NCBI GenBank assembly: GCA_913052475.1
Contig: CAJXEJ010000007.1
Coordinates: forward strand, 911-64,910
Length of the DNA stretch: 64,000 nucleotides
DNA from: an uncultured Dehalococcoidia bacterium
Lineage (GTDB): Bacteria; Chloroflexota; Dehalococcoidia; Lucifugimonadales; Lucifugimonadaceae
Direction: 5' to 3'
The notes below the pieces were generated by a model. The model was not told the origin of the DNA, did no database searches, and saw only the letters and a program-made list of their open reading frames with translations. This document shows, one piece after another, positions 57,657 through 64,000 of the stretch (position 1 is its first letter; each line of letters opens with the position of its first letter). The position numbers and the translations under genes were made by a program.

Positions 57657-59156
57657 ATGCCAGAACACATCCTCGCAATAGACCAGGGAACGACTTCCAC
57701 ACGAGCGATAGTTTTCGATTCCGTGGCTTCGCCTGTCGCATCCGCCCAGATTGAGCTTTCGCAGTATTTTCCGCAACCCGGATGGATCGAGCACGATCCG
57801 ATCGAAATAGCCGAAGCTGCTGTTAACGTCGCGAGGCAAGCTATCGGGCGCGCGCAGCTTGCGCCGGGAGATATCGCGGCAATCGGTATTACGAATCAGC
57901 GAGAGACAACGATCGTCTGGGAGCGGGAGACGGGTCGACCAGTTGCCAACGCCATCGTGTGGCAGGACCGGCGAACTGCCGAGATCTGTCTGGACATCAA
58001 CAAGACAAAGCGTCGTGATATCCGACAGGTCACGGGACTGGTCGTCGACCCCTATTTCAGCGCGACGAAATTAATGTGGCTTTTATCGACGATTCCCAAC
58101 GGGCAGGCTCGTGCCGAAGCGGGTGAGTTGTGCTTCGGGACGGTCGATTCCTGGCTGTTGTGGCATCTGACAAACGGTGAAGTGCATGCCACCGACGCAA
58201 CCAACGCCTCTCGAACGATGCTGCTGAACCTGCACGATCTTCAATGGGATCCGGAGATGCTGCGTATTTTCGATATTCCGGAAGTAATGCTGCCAGAGGT
58301 TCGAGGATCGGCGGACGATTTTGGTGTGACCGACAAGTCGGTATTCGGAGCGGAAATTCCGATTACGGCGATGGCAGGCGACCAACACGCCGCACTATAC
58401 GGACAGACGTGTTTTAAAAACGGTCAGGTGAAGTGCACCTACGGGACCGGGGCGTTCGTGTTGGCGAACAAGGGAACTAATGTTCCTTTACAGAGTTCTG
58501 ACGGTAATGATGCGGGGTTACTGACAACTCTTGGATATCGGCTTGGCTCTCGCAAAACTTACGCGATTGAAGGATCGGTATTCGTAACCGGAGCCACGGT
58601 GCAGTGGTTGCGGGACGGTCTCGGCGTGATATCGAATGCGCTTGATACGGTTGATATGGCGATGGCGGTCGGCTCGAATGCGGGAGTGTATTTCGTGCCG
58701 GCTTTCGTTGGGCTTGGTGCACCCCACTGGCAGCCCGATGCTACTGGCTCCATCACCGGCCTTACACGTGGGAGTGATAAGAATCACATCGTGCGAGCGG
58801 CTCTGGAATCGACCGCGTATCAGGTGAAGGATGTTGTCGATGCTATGGAAGCGGGTCGACCTCGGTCTAGTCAGTCAATTCGAGCAGATGGCGGGCAGAG
58901 CGCCAATCCTTTTGTCATGCAGTTCCAGGCCGATATTCTGGATCGACCAGTGGAGGTTGCGAGCATCACTGAAACCACGGCACTGGGTGCTGCTTTCCTG
59001 GCGGGTAGAGGGATTGGTCTGTGGCGATCGGACTCAGAGATTGAGGCAATGTGGAAATCGTCAGCAGTTTACGAACCGTCGATGAGTGAGTCGGAGCGCA
59101 ATTCCCTGTACTCAGGCTGGCTCGAGGCCCTGCGGCGCACCTCACCGCGAATATAG
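57657..59156 (+). CDS. glpK: Glycerol kinase
   Basis: AIDQGTTSTRAIVF, GITNQRETT and GDQHAALYGQ. Confidence 0.95.
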   Translation: MPEHILAIDQGTTSTRAIVFDSVASPVASAQIELSQYFPQPGWIEHDPIEIAEAAVNVARQAIGRAQLAPGDIAAIGITNQRETTIVWERETGRPVANAIVWQDRRTAEICLDINKTKRRDIRQVTGLVVDPYFSATKLMWLLSTIPNGQARAEAGELCFGTVDSWLLWHLTNGEVHATDATNASRTMLLNLHDLQWDPEMLRIFDIPEVMLPEVRGSADDFGVTDKSVFGAEIPITAMAGDQHAALYGQTCFKNGQVKCTYGTGAFVLANKGTNVPLQSSDGNDAGLLTTLGYRLGSRKTYAIEGSVFVTGATVQWLRDGLGVISNALDTVDMAMAVGSNAGVYFVPAFVGLGAPHWQPDATGSITGLTRGSDKNHIVRAALESTAYQVKDVVDAMEAGRPRSSQSIRADGGQSANPFVMQFQADILDRPVEVASITETTALGAAFLAGRGIGLWRSDSEIEAMWKSSAVYEPSMSESERNSLYSGWLEALRRTSPRI

Positions 59157-59350
59157 GGGACCGTCGTGAAAATCGTTATATCCGGAGTGATCGGCACGAT
59201 GGTTCGGTGAGTCGCTGGTTTCACTGGCGCTGGTACAAGGCACCGAAGCAGCAATTGGCTTTGCATCTGCCGGATAAAGACTCACCAAATGCCTGATCGC
59301 CTGCTAACCTGCCGCCAGTTTGTAGCTGCTAAGTGCGGGAGGCATGATTT

Positions 59351-60391
59351 ATGTACGTAGGAACTCAGGTAGGTGCACGAAACGACTCGGATTTTGAACA
59401 GTGGGCACAACTGGGAGTCGTAAATATCTGCTCCGATCCGTCGGGCGATCCTCACAAGTGGACGCGCGAAGATCTGGCTCGCCATAAGGAGAAAGTCAAC
59501 TCCTACGGCATCGAGCTCGACATGGTGCAGATTCCGCTTTCTTCAACACCGCTTGATCAATCACAGTCACCAAACATCATGCTCGGCAAGAGTCCGGAGC
59601 GAGATCGCGAGATCGAGTCTATCCAGAACATCATTCGAATGTGTGGTGAAGTTGGAATTCCGGCGGTCAAGTACAACATGAACATTATCGGCATACCGCG
59701 TTCCGAGCGAGAAGAGGGTCGTGGCGGTTCGTCGAACTCTACATTTCGTTGGGCTAAGATGAATCAGGACGATCCGACAACGATCGCTGGGGTTGTTGGT
59801 GTCGACGAAAACTGGGAGCGAATCGACTACTTCCTCGAACGGGCAGTCCCGGCTGCTGAATCGGCGAAAGTTAGACTCGCCTGTCACCCGCACGATCCTT
59901 ACACACCAGATGGTTACATGGGCGTGACTCGAGTGCTCGGGACGATTGATGGGATGAAGAAATTCGTGCAGATGCATGAAAGTCCGTACCACGGCCTTAA
60001 CTTTTGCCAGGGCACGGTTACTGAGATGCTCGATGATCCGGGTGAAGAAATCGCTGACGTGATCCGCTGGTTCGGTTCGAGAGAGAAAATCTTCAACGTG
60101 CACTTCCGCAACATTCGCGGTCACAAACTAGACTTCATGGAGTCTTTCCCCGACGAAGGTTCGATCGACTTCTCGGAGATCATCAAGATCTACAAGGAGG
60201 TTGGGTACAAATACATGCTGATGCCCGACCACGTTCCGTGGATCAGCGGTGATGACCCGCAGGGTGCGGCGTTTGCGTTCTGCTACGGCTATATTTCAGC
60301 GCTGCTGCAAACGGTCAAAGAGCCTCGGAAGCAGCCATGGGTAACCAAGGAACCGGGTCAACACAAGACGGCGGCATGGCAGGCGAACTGA
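59351..60391 (+). CDS. uxuA: UxuA-type D-mannonate dehydratase (xylose-isomerase-like TIM barrel)
   Basis: VRLACHPHDP, NFCQGT, FNVHFRNIRG and MPDHVP parallel the E. coli UxuA landmarks (VRMAVHPDDP, FTHLR, RPDHG). Confidence 0.8.
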   Translation: MYVGTQVGARNDSDFEQWAQLGVVNICSDPSGDPHKWTREDLARHKEKVNSYGIELDMVQIPLSSTPLDQSQSPNIMLGKSPERDREIESIQNIIRMCGEVGIPAVKYNMNIIGIPRSEREEGRGGSSNSTFRWAKMNQDDPTTIAGVVGVDENWERIDYFLERAVPAAESAKVRLACHPHDPYTPDGYMGVTRVLGTIDGMKKFVQMHESPYHGLNFCQGTVTEMLDDPGEEIADVIRWFGSREKIFNVHFRNIRGHKLDFMESFPDEGSIDFSEIIKIYKEVGYKYMLMPDHVPWISGDDPQGAAFAFCYGYISALLQTVKEPRKQPWVTKEPGQHKTAAWQAN

Positions 60392-60449
60392 GAACCTAAT
60401 CGTCACTCGATGTGGCAGTGGACGCTGCGAGCATGAGAGAGAAAATGAA

Positions 60450-61093
60450 ATGGGAAGTGAACTATTAAATGATCGGATTCGTGCTGGAGAGGAATACAAC
60501 GAGGTCCGCAATGAGATGGATAGCACGGCCGAACAAGTGCAGGAGATTATCCGCACGCAGTCGCCGGATATTATCTACGTCGATAGCCAGCACGGCCGCA
60601 CACCGAATGGGACATCGTTCGAATCTGCAAATCCGCCGAGGAGCTGGGGGTGGGTGTGATTCTGCGAATCAAGCACACTCGTTACGCTCATTTAGCTGGC
60701 AATTATCTTGATCTGGGATTGCTTGGAATCAAGGTCCCTGAGGTCGAGGATCCAGAGGTTGTTCAGGAGGCAATAAATGCCTTTTATTATCCACCGATCG
60801 GTCGACGAAGCTGGGGCGGCGAAGTCGGATTCGGAAAGTCGGATATTGAAGATCGTGTCGAGTATTCCAGATGGTGGAATAAGACCGGAATTCTGGCAAT
60901 TAAGATCGAGTCGATAAAGGCCGTATTGAACATCCGAGATATCATTGATCCGTTGCTTACGTTTATGGATGACGGGGCAAACGATCTGAATTTTAGTCTT
61001 GAAACTACCCCTCATCTGGAATTGAAGACATACGAAGACTGCAGAGCGTTCGTGGACAAAGAATTCGCCGATGTAGATATTCGCGTGAAATAG
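60450..61093 (+). pseudogene. HpcH/HpaI-family aldolase interrupted by a single frameshift
   Basis: Frame 1 reads ...PDIIYVDSQHG. Continuation is only in the next frame: (P)HTEWDIVRICKSAEELGVGVILRIKHTRYAHLAGNYLDLGLLGIKVPEVEDPEVVQEAINAFYYPPIGRRSWGG.... The switch is at about 60594-60600 (GGCCGCACACC). Confidence 0.6.
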
Positions 61094-61150
61094 TGGAGCA
61101 ACTGTGGTTTTCGACATCGAATGTCAGTTTGTGCGGTCGAAATCCCAAAG

Positions 61151-61175
61151 TCATCCTTAACTCTGTTCAGGATGA
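61151..61175. promoter_or_regulatory. Third copy of the palindromic candidate operator (TCATCCTTAA-ctctg-TTCAGGATGA)
   Basis: About 130 nt upstream of the OsmC-like start. Same half-sites as 4978..5003 with an N5 spacer. Confidence 0.4.
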
Positions 61176-61303
61176 TATTAAAGCAAACGGTTGATGGGCC
61201 GATCGATCGTGCGGTCGTATGAGGTACTGGATCAACTATTTTCATCGGGACAGACAAGGTGCTTGACAGTTGAACGAATTTGGTCAGACAGGAAGATGGT
61301 TGA

Positions 61304-61807
61304 ATGGCAGAACAAGAAGAAGCAAACAATCCGATCGCATACCGTTCCCACGTTAGAATAGAGCGGGTGAAGGGGCCGATTCGTCGGGCGTTTGTGCCTG
61401 CGCATGATGGGCCGGTGATGCTGGGAGTTCACTCCGAGGTTGCCGAGCACTACGGAGTCGACAACAACGTGATCGATCCGTACACGACCACTCTTGATTA
61501 CATTATTGCCGCGGCCGCTGGCTGAATGATCGGAACATTTGGCGGTGCCCTTGAGGCCCGAGGGGTTCCGGCCGGAGACGGTTTTCTTATCTCAGAATCA
61601 GAAGGTCAGCTTGAGAAAGAAAACAACATTCTTGTCATCAAGCGCGTTCACATCAAGTACATCCTGAACGTTGACAAAGCTCTATACGCCGAAAAAGAAT
61701 CGGCCATCCAGCGAGCGTTCGATCTGCACCACGATTCATGCCCCGTCTACCGAAGCATCCACGCCAGCATCGACATCACAAAAGAGCTTGAGGTAGTCGA
61801 GACGTAG
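61304..61807 (+). CDS. OsmC/Ohr-family peroxiredoxin-like protein with in-frame TGA (61523-61525) at the conserved Cys position. Either a candidate selenoprotein or a nonsense allele.
   Basis: ORFs 61304..61525 and 61526..61807 are in the same frame. The joined product reads ...TTLDYIIAAAAG[TGA]MIGTFGGALEARGV...HHDSCPVYRS. The E. coli OsmC landmarks are ..LLAAAHAGCFSMAL.. and ..CPYS... Confidence 0.6.
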
Positions 61808-61819
61808 CGTACAGTGACT

Positions 61820-61839
61820 CCCTCCCTATCAAGGGAGGG
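61820..61839. other. Hairpin between convergent genes (CCCTCCC-tatcaa-GGGAGGG)
   Basis: 7-bp G/C-rich stem with no flanking T-run on either strand. Possible bidirectional terminator or repeat fragment. Confidence 0.3.
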
Positions 61840-61914
61840 CCGACAGTAGTCAGTGGAAGCTCGTCATATTTCAGCGGGAATTCCCAAAACTTGCAGAAAA
61901 CGTTCCAATGCACC

Positions 61915-63213
61915 TCACGGCTTGACCATTGAACCGTCGGCTCGGCGGACAGTGTCCCAGGCTCCCCCAAATTCACGCTCTTTGAACGGGAATTTGGCCG
62001 CCAAGTCTTCATCGATATCTATACCGAGACCCGGCTCGCCGTTCGACCACATCATGCCGTCTTTCAGCGTTGGCGTACCCGGGAACATCTCGCGTGTTCG
62101 TTCCGAAGGAATGTTGGCTTCTTGGATACCAAAATTATAGGTGTTCAGGTTCAGCATCATGTTCGCAGCGTGACCCACAGGCGAAGTATCACCAGGACCG
62201 TGCCAGGCAGTTCGAACATTATAAAGTTCACCCATTGCTGCGATCTTACGGGCAGGCGTGATGCCACCGATCTGAGACATGTGAATTCGGATGAAGTCCA
62301 TCAATCGATTCTCAATCATTGGAATTACTTCGTGGGGGCTGTTGTGCAGCTCGCCCATGGCGATTGGAGTAGCGCACTGCTCGCGAACCATTTTGAAGTA
62401 GGCCTGATCCTCTGGGCTGAACAAATCTTCGAGGAAGAACAACTGGTACTTCTCGACCTCTTTGGCGAACCAAACACCGAGAATCGGTGGAATGCGTTCG
62501 TGAACGTCGTGAAGAATTTCCAATCCATATCCGAAGCGATTTCGAATGTACTCGAATAGTCCTAATGCTGATCGCATGTACGGCTTGGGTTCATAGACGC
62601 CACCCGGGTGCGCGTAGAGTTTGTCTTTGGCGTATTCACGCAGCCAATCTGTGTTGGCAATAGGCCCTTCGAGCGTGTTCTGGTTACTTGCCGTGCCGGT
62701 GCCGGTCGCTGCGCCTCTATTGCCGTAGGTTGCGTAGCCGGGAGTCGACATCTGTACTCGGATGTGGTGGAAGCCTTGCTCCACGAACTCCTGCACCTTG
62801 TCGCCGACTTCTTCGTGCGATTCGCCCGAGGTGTGAACGTAAACAGGAGCTGCTACACGCGCTCGACCGCCAAGCAAATCGTAAACCGGCATGCCGGCCA
62901 TCTTGCCCTTGATGTCCCAGAGTGCCTGGTCGACGCCAGATAGTGCGTTGTTGAGCACGGGACCGTTGCGCCAGTAGGACGAAACGTACGATGACTGCCA
63001 GATGTCCTCGATATCGGCAACGTTACGCCCGATCAGGAAGGGTTTCAGGTAGTCGTCAACGGCCGCTGCGACGGCGGTGGGTCTCTGGGTAAAGGTTGCG
63101 CAGCCGACGCCGTGAAGGCCGGGTTCTGAAGTTTCGATCTTGACGATTACAAGCCGGATTTGATCCGGCTCGGTGAGAATTGTCTTGATATCTCGAATCG
63201 TTACATTGCTCAT
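61915..63213 (-). CDS. Enolase-superfamily ManD/RspA-like D-mannonate dehydratase subgroup
   Basis: IRDIKTILTEPDQIRLVIVKIETSEPGLHGVGCATFTQRP...ALWDIKGK. 432 aa. Confidence 0.85.
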   Translation of the reverse strand: MSNVTIRDIKTILTEPDQIRLVIVKIETSEPGLHGVGCATFTQRPTAVAAAVDDYLKPFLIGRNVADIEDIWQSSYVSSYWRNGPVLNNALSGVDQALWDIKGKMAGMPVYDLLGGRARVAAPVYVHTSGESHEEVGDKVQEFVEQGFHHIRVQMSTPGYATYGNRGAATGTGTASNQNTLEGPIANTDWLREYAKDKLYAHPGGVYEPKPYMRSALGLFEYIRNRFGYGLEILHDVHERIPPILGVWFAKEVEKYQLFFLEDLFSPEDQAYFKMVREQCATPIAMGELHNSPHEVIPMIENRLMDFIRIHMSQIGGITPARKIAAMGELYNVRTAWHGPGDTSPVGHAANMMLNLNTYNFGIQEANIPSERTREMFPGTPTLKDGMMWSNGEPGLGIDIDEDLAAKFPFKEREFGGAWDTVRRADGSMVKP

Positions 63214-63491
63214 AAAAAATTTGGCCTGGGTGCTTGGGATGGGGAGTAAAAAATCTTTGGATGCTTGAGTCCAACGGCCAAAGAATTGTACTCGCGGTAA
63301 AAAGAGGTGGAGGGGATTGGAGGATATCTATCCGGTAGCGTCGATTTTTCACACGTTTACGAATGTCAGCTTGCTTGTGGGGAACGTTCGAATTTGAATG
63401 TCGAGGAGGCATTCAGGCTAACTGTAGAGAGTGTGTTGGGAGATGAGCGCTCTGACACCGATTAGATATCAACGACACGGTACGACTGTTC

Positions 63492-64000
63492 CTAAGCATG
63501 CGCCCGGGTCCACTTTCGGAGCGAGGCTTGTTCCTGACGAGGGTTTTGGTGGCGGCCCCATTTGACGTAGGAGACTTCGGCGACGTAGACATCACCCATC
63601 GAGTCTATCGCCATGCTGTGTGGCCAGAGGAACTGGTCGGGCTCGTTGCCGAACGTGGTGGATCCAAAGCGAGTGAGTCGATTGCCGTGTCGATCGTAAA
63701 CACCGACGCGGTTGCCAAGATTTTTATTTCCGCGAGATGGCGAGCCGGTAGTAGGCCCTTGTTCGGCTACGTAAATTCTCACGTCGTTGCCGGTGCCGGT
63801 CACTTCGACGGCCACGGCCTTGTGGGAATTCCATTCGCGTCGGAACTCTCCTTCAATAGAGAACACCTGCACGCGGTAGTTTTCGCGATCGCAAACGACT
63901 ACTTCTTCATCGTCAATTAGTGCCAGGTTGTGAGGCAGATTGAACTCACCGGAATCCGTACCGGATGTACCCCACGACATGATGTGGTTACCGTCTTTGT
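63492..64000 (-). CDS. NHL-repeat beta-propeller protein (peptidyl-hydroxyglycine amidating-lyase-like), 5' end outside the window
   Basis: Repeated GxFxxPH.(v/l)A.D units (GEFNLPHNLALID, DQFLWPHSMAIDS). The frame remains open to the window edge (KDGNHIMSWG...). Confidence 0.75.
   Translation of the reverse strand, partial: KDGNHIMSWGTSGTDSGEFNLPHNLALIDDEEVVVCDRENYRVQVFSIEGEFRREWNSHKAVAVEVTGTGNDVRIYVAEQGPTTGSPSRGNKNLGNRVGVYDRHGNRLTRFGSTTFGNEPDQFLWPHSMAIDSMGDVYVAEVSYVKWGRHQNPRQEQASLRKWTRAHA

Noticed and set aside
1-64000. CRISPR arrays, rRNA/tRNA genes, transposases, integrases, phage or defence-system genes
   Set aside because: I scanned for regularly spaced repeats, tRNA T-loop signatures (GGTTCGAATCC-like) and recombinase or nuclease motifs. 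The only T-loop-like strings are inside CDSs, and nothing else was seen.

Overview
This is a 64 kb chromosomal segment. I saw no rRNA, tRNA, CRISPR array, transposase or integrase. About 55 genes can be supported.

Gene content is dominated by sugar-acid and organic-acid catabolism:
- five enolase-superfamily (MR/MLE, DgoD- or ManD-like) paralogues
- two Gfo/Idh/MocA oxidoreductases
- a UxuA-type mannonate dehydratase
- HpcH-family aldolases, an AKR, an SDR and GlpK
- two CE7 esterase paralogues, plus amidohydrolase, ACC-deaminase-like and PIG-L enzymes

This paralogue load is reminiscent of marine Chloroflexota of the SAR202 type. That is inference only.

Housekeeping blocks are purE-purK, trpB, dCMP deaminase and an aa3-type cytochrome c oxidase operon (II-I-IV-III). 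The oxidase operon sits next to a PAS-LuxR regulator and a lipoprotein cytochrome c.

Observations most worth follow-up:
1. An OsmC-family gene is interrupted by one in-frame TGA exactly at the conserved peroxidatic Cys column, with a downstream hairpin. It is a candidate selenoprotein.
2. Three tandem, diverged paralogues encode an unrecognised single-pass membrane protein with an invariant C-x20-C-x13-C-x5-C ectodomain.
3. A 25-26 bp palindrome, TCATCCTGAA-N5/6-TTCAGGATGA, recurs upstream of three otherwise unlinked transcription units.
4. A bacterial Vms1/ANKZF1-like (VLRF1) release-factor-fold protein is present.
5. One operon encodes two ~1100-aa FtsX-type permeases with two different ATPases, divergent from an HtrA lipoprotein.
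6. Four genes are broken (receiver domain, HAD, alpha/beta hydrolase, HpcH aldolase). Their frame disruptions mostly fall in short homopolymers, so real decay and sequencing artefact must be told apart.

All functional calls come from motif recognition by eye. No searches were run.
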